A stretch of DNA of 62,498 bases, filler included, from Asterionella formosa (GCA_002256025.1; 9 parts of 9 records of this genome joined end to end with filler, not necessarily neighbours in it); one strand, 5' to 3'. Shown: positions 26,981-39,445, numbered from the whole stretch's first letter. Numbers and translations are program-made. Notes: a model not told the origin generated them from the sequence alone.

Positions 26981-27249
26981 TGTTGAAATTGCGTCCCGAA
27001 GCACTCTATGCTTTCTTGTATCCTGTAAGGACACGTCAGGGACCAAATAGGCTGTAGATATGAACAACGATGTCTCCGTGATCAATTGTAATCGTTCCTA
27101 AGAGTTTTAATAGAATTATGGGTTTTTACTGTTGACGTAGATTGTTTTCGAATTCTCTGGTACCATATTCTTTCTTGATTCATTCGATTCAATATGTAAT
27201 AGGTAAAATTCATACCAGGATTTTCTTTCCTAATATATTTTCTCTAACA
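26981..27249 (-). repeat. 5' LTR of copia
   Basis: Direct repeat of 21999-22267; upstream of gag in element orientation. Confidence 0.96.
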
Positions 27250-27758
27250 CCTGATCCTATAGCATTCAGTGTACCTGGTAATACTTTAACACAGGTACCG
27301 GTATATGGGGGGATACGAGACACAAGGTTTTACGGCACATGATACCATATGACCCCAACTTCTATATGTGAACCGGCTTGTCGCCGGTACGGCTTGAATT
27401 TACCGGCAATAACTATTATATGTAGTTTTCTACATCTTTAACCAACACGTATTATTGCCAGTTAAATAGCATTTATTTTATTTCCATTATTTAATATGAA
27501 GATATAAATATAATCCCCCTGGCTGCCCGGAGAACATCAAAAGATGATTGTCAGTGATGAACATCGGCTACCAAATAGTACCAGGTACCTGGCACCTGGT
27601 AAGCTCATCATTTCGAGACTGATCATGGCATCCCAACTTTCGCGTTTGCCGAATAGCTCCTTTCAACACGGTCTCGCCAGGGTTGTGGCAACATTGGTTA
27701 ATTCGAAAACTCGTTTGACCAGAGTGCAGCATCAATCACCAAGCCGACTCCTGCCGAT

Positions 27759-27858
27759 NNNNNNNNNNNNNNNNNNNNNNNNNNNNNNNNNNNNNNNNNN
27801 NNTTAATTAATTAANNNNNNNNNNNNNNNNNNNNNNNNNNNNNNNNNNNNNNNNNNNN
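27759..27858. other. Artificial scaffold spacer
   Basis: 44 N + TTAATTAATTAA + 44 N. Confidence 0.98.
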
Positions 27859-29075
27859 ATGGCATTCAATCCTCGCTTTTGACCTTTGGATTCTTGTACA
27901 ACATGACGGGGAACTGCGATGCCAGTATCGTGGAATCAGTGGGAGAGGTAGTACAAAGTGAGTGGTTTCATACGGCCCTCACCACAGAAACATACGATGC
28001 GATTCTAGTATTGGCACACATGGATTATCAAGATGACCTCGTCATGGTCATTCGGAATGCCATTCGAACCATGATATCGGCCAGCATTCCCATTCAATTT
28101 ATTACAGGACATTCACACATCCGTGCCTTTACTGCAGTAGATGACGTTTCCACTTCGTTTGAAGCTGGACATTACCTAGACACTGTGGGCTTTGTTAGTT
28201 TTCCCATTTCCACTATGGACGAGACTGACACGACCAACAAGACAAATCAATTTCATCATGTATTTATCAATGCCAGCATAGATGATTTCCAAAGAACCTT
28301 GGACATGGATTCATTTGATACGGAGGAGGGGCAAGCATTGTCTCAATTTATTCAAACAACACGAGAATCCATGGGACTTTTTGTTGTCTTGGGGTGTTCC
28401 CCTCAAACGTTCATTCTTGACCATGGACTCAACCAAAGTGATTCCTTGTGGAAATTTTATTTGGATGAAGTTGTGGCGAAACAATATTTGAAATCGTCGA
28501 CAACATCTATTTTTCTGCAAGGCACGGGAGCATTTCGAGCATCCTTGTGGGAGGGTGAAGTAAATGTCGATGATATTATTTGTGTCTCTCCCTACAATGA
28601 TACCATTTATCTGGTAGATACGACTGTTGAAGGAAGTCTATTACTTCAATTGATCGGTGGTCAGCCGAATGATATCATCGCACCAGTGAATAAACTTGGT
28701 TTGCCAAGATATGGCAGTTCATTGTCATATATTGATTCAATGGAATCGTATCACCTGTACATTCCCAAATTTGACATGACCAACATTCTAGAACGATTAA
28801 ATAGCCTAGCTGGAGGTTCAATATTTACCGCTACTTTGCAGCAATCCGACATTGGCCTGGACGTGACGACTACTTCCTTGTGGATCAAATACATTGAGTC
28901 CCATTGGAATTGCACAGTAACTACTTCTAGGTACGACACCATTCTGCAATGGAAGTGGGTGATGGCAGTCCTTTTCATGCTCCTTTTGGTAGTATGGATG
29001 GCAGGATTGAAATGGTTTTTTCCGTGTTGTTGCCATCATCGACAGAGGGATGAAGGGTACTTGTCATTGGAATGA
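27859..29075 (+). CDS. Calcineurin-like metallophosphoesterase / 5'-nucleotidase-like protein with C-terminal TM anchor, 5' partial
   Basis: FGFLYNM, LVLAHMD, IQFITGHSHIR, SFEAGHYLDTVGF motifs; 5'-nucleotidase C-domain-like GAFRASL..G.V.VDDI..VSPY; hydrophobic C-terminal helix. Confidence 0.78.
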
Positions 29076-29431
29076 GAATTTTCACATACAATACGTACTT
29101 ATGACATTTACTGAACTCGGAGTTTGTATTGTCCAGGGTAGACCAAAACCAAGTATAAATCATCCAGTAATGGAGACTTGCAATATGAGGATTTCAAACC
29201 CACTCGAGCCGATGAATATTTCAATTGGATGTCATACCTACGGTGCTTCTGTTTGACTGCTGTTTGTAATTCAGAACAACAAATTAAAACAAATGCTGAT
29301 AGTCATATCATACTACCGGTAAGCTAATCTACGACCAAATTAAAAATGATACATGTATTAATACTAAACGTAACTTGATCAGTATAACCAGAACAGCGTT
29401 TTGTAGAGGTGAAAATGATATACAACATAAA

Positions 29432-31555
29432 TTATTGCACACTACCACCAGGTCTTAGACCAGACTTGGCCTTTGTTGAAGGAGCCTTGACGTCGGTTGC
29501 TATCACTGGTCTAGCTAGTTTCGGCAATGCAACATCCCAAACGTCCATACTGTCCCATTCCTCATTGTTGTCGGTGATACCGAGCATTGTCCTCAACTCG
29601 AAAGAGTCAGGTTTTGCTTCATCGGACACGATTGTGACATTCAATGCATCCAAAGTCAAATTGGTGACATCGTCTACAAGGTCGTGCTCTGAATACGTGT
29701 CATTAACACCATCGATATTAGTCAGTTTGCTAGATAGCATTGGTGGGAGACGGCCAAAATGTGACTTCCATTGTTGAACAATCCGGGTGTGCTCAATTTT
29801 GATAAATTGGAAATGCTCTTCTTGACTCTTTCCTTGTGGAATAGGGATGGTGCCCAGGATCATGGCCAAGATTTGATCCAACAATGAAAACCAATTGGAA
29901 ACAGTCTTAGACTCATCATCGTTGTTCACGTTGCTGCTGTTGTTATTTGCGCCAAATTCTTCTTCATCAGCCCACTCCTCCTCCTGTAGTGTTTCAATCA
30001 AGTCATCAACTTGCTGAAGTCTATTCTCCAGTGATTGAACAATGGTTTGGGCCATGCGATACTCTTGTGATTTACATTGTTCTCTCACTCTCTCTCCTTC
30101 CATTAAGGCTTGACGCAAACGTTCTTCTTGAAATGCCAACTTGGAGGCCACTTGTTGTTTTTGTAATTTCCGACGCTGTCGCTTTATTGTAGCCTGTCGA
30201 CGTGCCTTGGCACGAGCCTCTGAGTTAACGAAGGGTAAAACTTTCACAACGGCAGGAGCTTCAGTAGTTTCATTGTCATCGTAAAGGTCATCGTTACTAT
30301 CGACGCGCTCAGACTCACTTTCTGATTCCTCGATTGTTCGATAGATTTTAACATCATCATCATCATCATTGTCACTATTCATTGATAGTCGTTCTGCCAT
30401 ACTGTTATGAGTTGGTTCATTTGGAAAAGCAAATTCAGTATTTGTCAAATCCAACGCTTCCAAGCCACCATGTCGTCGGTTCAATTCCATCATCACCTCA
30501 CGTGACAATAATTCCTCAAGCTCTTGACCTCTTTGACGCGCCATTTCTAATCGATGATCCAATGTCTCCCTTACTTGGTACAAGGTATCTAATTGCACCT
30601 TCCGTTTTGTTGTTTTCCATAGCTGCAATTCTTTGCAAATGTTCCTTTCCATGAAACATTTTTGTTCCTCCTTGGCCAATTTTCGCAGTTCTCTTCCCAT
30701 GTTAATTTTCCAAAGGAGCGATTGCGAGCATTGTATCAAGTAGGAAAAGATGGTTTCCACCACATGTACCTCGTGTGTTTGCAACAGTCTTTTCCATTCT
30801 CGTGCAGTACTGATCACTGTATTTGTTTCTGGAATGACCAAATAGTCTGGATAGGGTATGATGGAATATCGCAAGGATGTACCTTGAGTACCGGACGATG
30901 TACCGGTATTCCCCTGAATGGCCATATTGTGTTGTAATAGTTCCATAGCTTGTTCCTCGAACTGCCTACAGTCGTCGTCTTCGTTGCTGTCATCATTGCT
31001 TGTCGACAAGGCCAAAATCACTTGACGTTCAAGTTCTTTATGTTCTTCCCAATTGGTTGGTGTATATCCACAAATCGCCTGTAAATCAACAATCAATGCT
31101 GGTAAATGAGATGGTGGTGACATGGACATGTTGTCATCTGAGTCGTCCTCAATGCCGCTGCTTTCGTCGCTGTCGTTTGCAATATCTGGATCAGCTTGAC
31201 GCCTGGGAACAGGAAGTGTCATGACATCATCCCATTCTGAAATCTTGGTTATTGGTGATGATTCAACATGATCATAATGGTCAAGATATCCAGTTGGTTC
31301 TTCTGCCACCGCCTCTTGCTGATTCATTACTGTAGTACCACCATCATTCGATGTACTACCGATGGCTGCATCCGTATTCTCACTATCCGTAGCAGTATTC
31401 TTGCTGTTTCTGTTGCTTAAGAACATTGGTACCAATGGGACGAGCCCCGCAGTTGAGAGACCATGATGGGCAGCATGCTTTGGTTTTTCGTTCCACTGTC
31501 GGAGTTGATCCACCAGCTCCGTTGATAACTGAATGGTAACACCCAGGTCGTCCAT
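29432..31555 (-). CDS. Hypothetical acidic / coiled-coil protein (~707 aa)
   Basis: Long uninterrupted ORF, likely start MDDLG at 31555; charged coiled-coil segments; no domain recognised. Confidence 0.75.
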   Translation of the reverse strand: MDDLGVTIQLSTELVDQLRQWNEKPKHAAHHGLSTAGLVPLVPMFLSNRNSKNTATDSENTDAAIGSTSNDGGTTVMNQQEAVAEEPTGYLDHYDHVESSPITKISEWDDVMTLPVPRRQADPDIANDSDESSGIEDDSDDNMSMSPPSHLPALIVDLQAICGYTPTNWEEHKELERQVILALSTSNDDSNEDDDCRQFEEQAMELLQHNMAIQGNTGTSSGTQGTSLRYSIIPYPDYLVIPETNTVISTAREWKRLLQTHEVHVVETIFSYLIQCSQSLLWKINMGRELRKLAKEEQKCFMERNICKELQLWKTTKRKVQLDTLYQVRETLDHRLEMARQRGQELEELLSREVMMELNRRHGGLEALDLTNTEFAFPNEPTHNSMAERLSMNSDNDDDDDVKIYRTIEESESESERVDSNDDLYDDNETTEAPAVVKVLPFVNSEARAKARRQATIKRQRRKLQKQQVASKLAFQEERLRQALMEGERVREQCKSQEYRMAQTIVQSLENRLQQVDDLIETLQEEEWADEEEFGANNNSSNVNNDDESKTVSNWFSLLDQILAMILGTIPIPQGKSQEEHFQFIKIEHTRIVQQWKSHFGRLPPMLSSKLTNIDGVNDTYSEHDLVDDVTNLTLDALNVTIVSDEAKPDSFELRTMLGITDNNEEWDSMDVWDVALPKLARPVIATDVKAPSTKAKSGLRPGGSVQ

Positions 31556-31965
31556 GATCCTGGATTTTTTATCAAAGGCGCTGAAAATATAAAGAATGAA
31601 AAACTGTGTTTGTGTGGACATGAGAGTGAGAGGTGGTACCAGGGTACCAGTAGGTTTATATGTGTTATTTGCGTAAACAGAGATACCGGTACATATACCG
31701 CTAGATTTATTCATGATGGTATGATAGAGACTTACCTAGTACTCAGGTGAGTCAAAAGAGAATTTACAATACGAGGCAAGTAGGAATTGCAACTGTTCCA
31801 GAGTTGTCTGTTCAATATGCACATTGGTACATCAATGAGAAATCAGGATTCTTAGTTGAACTCGAACGTTCCAAAGATACGCACTCCTTCTCACTGACTT
31901 TGTGCATGAGTTGTGGAAGATTTTCGCTCACTTTCAAGTCCACCCACAGACAGAACCCCATCACC

Positions 31966-32882
31966 ATGAAGTCCGCTGCCGTTTTTGCTCTCCTTGCCGC
32001 TTCGGCTTCTGCGTTTGCCCCCACTCCTGCTGCTGTGAGTAGTTCCAATAGTGGTCGATATCATGATCTTGTTTTCACTGACTCGCAACGGACATCGATA
32101 GAGCCGACACAAGTTCGCACTGAGTAGTAGTAGTAGTAGCAGTAGTAGTAGTACTTGAACTTGCTTTGGTCGCTGCAACGAAGTAATATCAGGCGCAACT
32201 CGATCTGCCATTGTGCTCAATTCGTTCACGTAGATATGACGGGTGTACGACTCAACGCAAACTCACACAGCTTCTTCTCATTCAATAACAGGACACCAAG
32301 AGCAGCGCCCTTTACGACTCGCTTGATCCTTCCATTGGAGTCACCGCTCCTTTGGGCCTGTACGACCCACTTGGATGGTTGGACCCTGCCAAGGACCCTG
32401 CCAGCAAATTTGCCACCTTTCACGCGAACTTTGAACGTCGCCGTGCAGTGGAGCGCAAGCATGGACGCATTGCCATGGTTGCCGTAGTTGGTATGCTGTT
32501 CCACAATGCCAATATTGAATTCCCAGGATACCTTTCCAAGGAACTTGGAATCCGCTTCAGCGATGTCCCCAACGGCATCAACGGACTCTTCTCGATTCCA
32601 CTTGCAGGCCTGACCCAGATTGTCTTCGCCATTGGATTTGTTGAGCTTGCCATCTGGCCCGCATCCAAGTACGATGGAGACTACGGAACCGGATACGGAC
32701 GACCATTTGTCCCTAATGTTCTTGAGGGAGACGAGCTCAAGTACAAGCTTGATATGGAGATCAACCAGGGCAGAGCAGCCATGCTTGGAATCTTTGGTGC
32801 TATGGTTGGAGAAGTTGTCACTGGTCAGACTCTCGCAGAGCAAGTTGCAAGCGGAAACCTCATTGGATACGGTCCTCCCTAA
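31966..32882 (+). CDS. Fucoxanthin chlorophyll a/c-binding light-harvesting protein (Lhcq/Lhcf16-like); exons 31966-32034, 32292-32882
   Basis: Bipartite presequence MKSAAVFALLAASASAFAP; GVTAPLGLYDPLG; helix 1 RRAVERKHGRIAM; helix 3 EINQGRAAM. Confidence 0.95.
32122..32154. repeat. (AGT)n microsatellite in the Lhc intron
   Basis: gagtagtagtagtagtagcagtagtagtagtac. Confidence 0.9.
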
Positions 32883-33933
32883 ATTTATGTTTCTATACCT
32901 TACTTAAAAATGACGCAGAAACGCATGCAAAATGGATGAACGATTGACTCGTCCTTGTTGTATTGACACTGATAGCTACAGTAAATAGAAACACAACAAT
33001 CGGAAAATCACTTAGGAGTAGTTGTCTGAAGAAGATCTTTTCAATTAGAAATGCTTCTTTTAATACATTAAGCCATGATCATACAAACGTGTGTTGATTC
33101 TGAGGCAACACCAATCATTGAACCTTGCATTGGACTAATGGAAAAACAAGGCAATCTTCAAACAAAAGAACTTAAAATTGCCATCATTTATGGATGTTGA
33201 ACAATGAGGGTGAGGAGCTGGAGAATTCTGTGATGTGCCATCACTAAGATGCTTCGCGCTTAAATACCAGTATTCTGTTGTCTCTGTAGAAGTCAATAGC
33301 AAGGCATAATGTATTTTGTTGCACATGAGGTTAAGGTTCAATACAATTCCGACATATTTATGTAGTTATCATCCTATGATCATAGTACATAATGAGGAGA
33401 CCTCTAAACTTGCCCTTATCTATTTTCTCCATGTTATTTGGTTGCTTGACTATTTCAGGCAACCTATTGAAATTAATAACTGACTCCTAATCTCAAACTA
33501 AATACTGGTACATTGCTAACTAACTATGTTAAAAAGCTTCTTACTACTTTCCACAGGTGGTTTTCCTTTTCTTAGATTCTTAATGTCTAGTAGTACTCAC
33601 TAGTATTACTTAATTTTCTCTTCTTTCTTTGCTAACCATCCTGCTAGAAACTGATTGAACTTCCTGTCAATTCAATTGCTAATTCTAAAATTAATGTTCA
33701 AAATCAATGATTTCCTTTCCTTTCATCTCTGCTTCTTACAAGTCGTTTTAAGAGCCTCTTCGAATTTCCATCTAACAAATTGAATTCAATCTCCATTGTT
33801 ATCATCAATCTTTGATCTCATTAGCCAGGTGATTGATGTGGCGATGCAAGATTCGACTCCTTGGAGTACAATCCAGTCCACAATCCTCGTGACTCGAACT
33901 TATTTAATTGGTGACAGCCCATCACTACCGGTA

Positions 33934-34370
33934 TGATAAAATATATGGAATCCAACGAATCGAGAATCTATATTCTTAGTAGTGATTAGAAACCAAGACC
34001 CAAAACATCTCGTCATTTATTGACAAATGACTGGACTGGAGATGTTTACTTATTGACAAATGACTGGAGATGTTACTTATTGACAAGTGAATCAGATGCT
34101 CACTTATTGTCAAAAGAATAAGTGCTGCTCACTTATTGTCAAATGAATATGCTTACTTATTGTCAAAGTAAGCAAGATCATTTTGACGGGATCAAGGAAA
34201 GTGTGAGAAGTCTTGTTCGGGATTACATGAGTAATCAGGCAAGAACAAGACTAGATAGACTATTAACAGAAAGCTCACAATATTACAAAGTGTAAAGTCA
34301 AAATACGTTTTCAGCTTTAGAGATCTTAAAAGTAAGATCTGTGATATTTCAACTACTAGACAATTTAACA
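33934..34370 (+). repeat. Probable 5' LTR of a second copia element
   Basis: TGATAAA...TTTAACA imperfect terminal inverted repeat, internal tandem motifs, 31 nt before a copia gag ATG; no second LTR in view to fix the boundaries. Confidence 0.55.
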
Positions 34371-34401
34371 CGTTTTAAAACGAACCTACAGGTCTAGAGA
34401 C

Positions 34402-34721
34402 ATGGTTACGGCCGATGAGAAATCAGGTGAGACTGTTCGCTTGATCAAGTTTGATGGAAGCGAAGCTGCTTGGCATGAGTGGAGTATCAAGACTCTTCGG
34501 CTTGCGAAATCTAAAGGTTTTAGGCATGTTTATGCCAAAGACACGAAGCCAATCGACGATGATGCCTATTTGGTGTCTACTGATGATGACGAGAAGAAGA
34601 AGTATGAGTTGAATGACAAGGCATATCAGCTATTGATTCTTAGTGTCAGTGGGATTGCATTTGGGATTGTGAATTCTGCCAGGACAGATGATTTGATGGA
34701 TGGAGATGCTTTTCTTGCCTG
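34402..34721 (+). mobile_element. Ty1/copia gag N-terminus (truncated by scaffold end)
   Basis: FDGSEAAWHEWSIK...AKSKGF...NDKAYQLLILSVSGIAFGIV...GDAFLA resembles copia gag N-termini. Confidence 0.8.
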
Positions 34722-34821
34722 NNNNNNNNNNNNNNNNNNNNNNNNNNNNNNNNNNNNNNNNNNNNTTAATTAATTAANNNNNNNNNNNNNNNNNNNNNNN
34801 NNNNNNNNNNNNNNNNNNNNN
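34722..34821. other. Artificial scaffold spacer
   Basis: 44 N + TTAATTAATTAA + 44 N. Confidence 0.98.
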
Positions 34822-37174
34822 TCATACCCTTAAATTATGTACGTAGCTAAATTCGTCATATTGGGCCACCCAAATAATTAATTTGGGTGATCATATTTGA
34901 CTAGCGTTTTTTTTGTGGCGGCTGTACCAGTAATCGGCGTTGTAGATGTTGCCCACTGTCTAATCCTATATTACACAGACCATTATCCCTTTCTCCTTCC
35001 TTGTTCTGTTACAGTCACATTTTTCTTGACAACTGTACATTTGCATGCTATCGATAGTGCAATATATCACTTCTTGTTATCTAGAATGGCAAATGTTCCG
35101 AGTGCGACAAGAAATGAAATGATCTTGGTTGTGAAGGGGATACCGATTGCAGATTGTTTGATCAGGAAAAACGTGTTTCTATGGCGTATTTCATGTCTGT
35201 TCAAGAGACAACAGAAGAGTAAGGAACAATTCTTACTGCTTTGATCATGATGACAAAGGCAACGAGAAGAGACTAGATGACAGTGTCCTGGATTTCATTC
35301 TCAACAAATTCTATGTGGTCCTAGAGTCTGGCTTGTTTAACAAAACATCATTTGAAACTTCAAGGAAATTTCGGAATCATATAGGACCAGCGATGATTTT
35401 ATGGAAAACTCACTTTCCTTGAGATTTTAGACTACATCAAAAAGACAACAATATGACCAGATGCACCCATGAACTACATCCAGACTGGCGACCATATCCT
35501 GTTTCAATATTTTCAACTCCTTACTGAAGAAATGGGACAAATAACTTTCCTCCTCAACCTGTTCGTTATATACTTTCCAATCACTCCTGCAATTTTGGAA
35601 CTCTTTGGTGACAAGTCATGGACTGCATCTTCCGGATTGGCAACCATGTCTGGAGTTGCCTGTAATTTACATTTTGCTTTTGATTTGGAAGGGGGAGATT
35701 TTATATCAAGTCTATCAGATTTGATAGACTCAATTAGACGCTCTGAGGAAGTAGAAACAAGATCTACCACGGGCATACAAGCAACACAATCCTTACTTCT
35801 TGGAATGGTTTTGGGATAAGATGAACTGGCATCAACTATTTCGTTTTCATTCGTCTGTGTCAATGCATAAACAGAGAATACACGACGTTGGTGATCTTTT
35901 TTTGGAATGATAGGTATGACGAATTCCATCGGCTTGTCAGGAAAAAAAGTTTCCCCAATTTTGGCGATGCTTCTCAAATGTGGCCGTAATGGTGCACAGA
36001 AGCTTGTTCCTCTTTTCTTCTGTATCAATAACAGCACCAACAATATTAGTAAAAATACAGGGATCATTTGAAACGCCCTAATAACGGAGAAGTTCATCAA
36101 CATTATTGGACTCATTTCGACAACCATTGTTGCTGTACAACATTGGAATCAGCTGTTGATTGAATAATGGTTCTGGTACCCTCATAAGTATTTTACACTT
36201 CTTCGGAGTGGCAAGAACATATGTGTGGGACAAGCTACACTACATATAGTATTGAAACTATATATATAAAGCGGTCACTTTGTGGAAAGTATATGTGTGC
36301 CAATGGGGTTAGGCTGTCCTATATATTGCCTCTGATGTTGCCGATAAAGAGATTTCTTAAACACAATGGGATGTACAATGTTATTAAACAAAATTACAAT
36401 TATTATTTCGAACCCCCTGCTATTCAAGGTTCATGTGGTGCTACTATTTCCTGAGTGAAATGAAGCTACTTCCTGATTAGTGATTATGTGGCTCTAATTC
36501 TGCAGCATACAAACAGGCTCGCCAATAGCTAGTCAATGAGAATGGAAGACTCATGATTAAGGCCATGAGCAACAAACTACGCCTCCAGCTGGTCCATCTT
36601 CACTTTGATCCACATCTCATCTTGAAGAACAGATTAGAAATACGGATCGATGTTCGCAACGGGCGAATTATGATCAAAAGGTATTATCTTCTTGATTTCG
36701 GTTGGAATAATTGGAATCAGGTATGGCCTTCAATGCATCGTTCTCCAATTCTGTCGTATAAATTGACAAAAGCTTTTGATTTCGAGTAACAAAAAAATCA
36801 AACATCGCCAGCAAAAACCCATCAATATCGCGACCATGTCATTCGTTATAAGACTGAGACCATCGTCATCCCCGCAAGAAGGTAGCTTGTGAGGGATTCA
36901 ATGAATGTACATGGCTTGTAAGAAATTCGATTACTGATATGCGAATGGAGAGATAATGACGAATACTACTGGTACAAGAATTGGATCAAAGCATGTACCG
37001 GTAGAGCATTCAAATCGAAATGGCAACAAGGAACGCACCGTTGTTGCACAGAATTCATTCTAATAGAATCATTGGCTACAAGGTTACATACAAATAAAGT
37101 GATCTGTGTAAAGTCATAACCTTTGCTAAAACAATAATTGATCAAAGAGCAACAGCTATTGATCAATCAAACAA

Positions 37175-37545
37175 CGTATTCATATATCAAAACATTTGGT
37201 TAGTAGCATATTAGTTTTGATGACTTATATATATATGACTTCTATCTATGCGTAACCTGATGTGTGTAAGAAAGTAATCTGACAAACAATTTTGATTGAC
37301 AACACCAATACGGTCATTGATATATCAAAATTATCATCAACATAACAAAACATTTGATCAATATATCAAAGATTTGTTTTAACTGATTAGATTTGGTAAC
37401 TAATATATACGAGTTCTTATATACGCATAACCAATTGTGGGTATACTACTAACCTAACATACAAATTTGATTGATCATACAGACACTGCCATTGATTAAT
37501 CAAAATTATCATCAACATGTCAAAATATTTGAATAATTAATCAGT
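37175..37545. repeat. Diverged AT-rich tandem duplication, ~175-bp period
   Basis: TCAAAATTATCATCAACAT at 37325 and 37500 with alignable flanks. Confidence 0.7.
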
Positions 37546-38851
37546 TTCTTAACGTATGCTGAGAAAAACGTTAGATCTAATGGAAATCTATTCACAGACG
37601 GGAGGATAACACTGTATCTCAATCAGCATATGATGAACAAATCAAAAATATTTCGCAAGGAAGGATGGTGTTTTGACAGGGTACGCGCTTTTTTTAGTAC
37701 AAAAATGCAGATTTATTAAACATGTGAATAAATGGCGGTTTCTGGAACGAGCAGCAAATCTTTTGGCAGCCTCAAAAGTGGCTGGAGAAACCGGCCAGCA
37801 ATCTATGGCTACATATTTTCCAAGCAAAAAAAATTTATCACTTCAAAAACACCTAGGGTAGCGGAGTTGTAGAGGAAATCTTGACGTCAATTCAAACTAC
37901 CAACTCCATTCTCTGAGAGTCACGTGATGTGTGCTGCCATAGAGAATCGCTCCAAGATCAAAGTTACCAAATCGTTTTTCATTACTTCTATTTGAAGACG
38001 TGAGTACACACCAAATTTTCCGCCGCCCCACCTCATATGGGTCATTGAGCGCAATGACGGCATATCTAGAAATAATGGACTTGTAAGAATCCGCTATAAA
38101 ATTATTGAAATATGTTATTTTTTCTAGCTCGAACCAGCTCTTCCAAGGCATACTTAGCAAATAGACGCCAAAATGAATCTTTGCGCTTTGTGGTGTTCAT
38201 GGCTTATCACCACTCCATAAGCAATCGTTTTAGTTTATTGAGCCTAATTGGTTGTAATTACTGGAAACAGGCCGTTTCCTTCTTGTGTCAGTCTGGAAGA
38301 TGCATCAGCAGCAACAAAGAAGATTTGATTGACCAGAATTTTTGTCAGTAGGCATTCAGCAACAGACTCCCTGTTGATAGCGCAGCAACCAAAGAGCCTT
38401 CATCCGGTTGACAGTCTAGGCCAAGTAGGTAAATCGAATGTACCGTGAAGCAAACTAAGGATATTTTCCTTCTTGTAAATCTAAGATGCAGTTTACGGCA
38501 CTTTTTCGAATTTATGTCTTGAGTGCTGTATTTATGCTACTTTTCTAAAACTAGTATATGTTTAGGTTGTACCTCCTGGTACTAGCAAAATTACATTTAC
38601 TAGCATTCATACTGATACATTGTTTCCTCGAATTATTTTTCAATGCTCTCCATTTATTTATGCTTCACAATTCGATTTTATTATTAGAATGTAATTGAAT
38701 TTATTTTTCTTTCATTTTAGTATCACATGAACAAATATTTGTTGAATGGAACCTTGTCAATAACAAAGGTGATATGCAATATTACGACTATTCTTTTGCT
38801 GTTGTTGCGGCATGATTGCCAGTGGGCATAGATGTGGTAGTTGGTGTCAGG

Positions 38852-39445
38852 GAGTGTCTGTTAGGTTGTTGATGTCAACAGGTGTCCAAAGACTAGATGT
38901 AGTCTGAGGAATGTCTAAACAGAAATAGACGTTATTTATAAAGCAGATTATTATGAAAATGAGCAGTGTGACAAAGATCTTGACTGGTCCTTCCAGGGCA
39001 GTACTAGAGCATGCTAGAAGAGGTGCCATATATTTCAACATGGAAGCATTCTTGCTCAATAGTACCAGTGGTAGTATGTGAGTATATGTGAAAAACCAGA
39101 GGTCAACAGTTTAAGTCCTCAGCAAGAACAGAAAGAAAAAGAAAAGTGACAAAGAAAAAGAGAGACACTATGAAAATTTCTCTAGGATAGGGGGTGTCAA
39201 GCATTCACATTGGGATGATGTGGTATGTCAAGCATTAGCAGGGGAGGCTGTCACAGAGTGTCTGTTAGGCTGTTGATGTCAACAGGTGTTCAAAGACTAG
39301 ATGTAGTCTGAGGAATGTCTAAACAGAAAAAGACACTGTTTATATAGCGCAGAATAATATGCAAACAAGCGGTGTGAGAAAGATCTTGACCAGTCATTCC
39401 AGTGCAGGACTGGAGCGCGCTAGAAGAGGCACCACATGTTTCAAC
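38852..39445. repeat. ~190-bp direct repeat (38852-39040 and 39256-39445)
   Basis: Shared GAGTGTCTGTTAGG.TGTTGATGTCAACAGGTGT.CAAAGACTAGATGTAGTCTGAGGAATGTCTAAACAGAAA ... CTAGAAGAGG. Confidence 0.85.

Larger units (their letters stand above)
21999..27249 (-). mobile_element. Full-length Ty1/copia (CoDi-type) LTR retrotransposon, 5251 bp, decayed
   Basis: Two 269-bp TG..CA LTRs; 5-bp TSD CCTGA (21994-21998 and 27250-27254); order gag-ZnK-PR-INT-RT-RH; purine tract AGCAGGAGTG next to the 3' LTR. Confidence 0.97.

Noticed and set aside
35513..36127. 204-aa minus-strand ORF
   Set aside because: No recognisable domain and lies in a decayed repeat-like region; cannot be supported as a gene.
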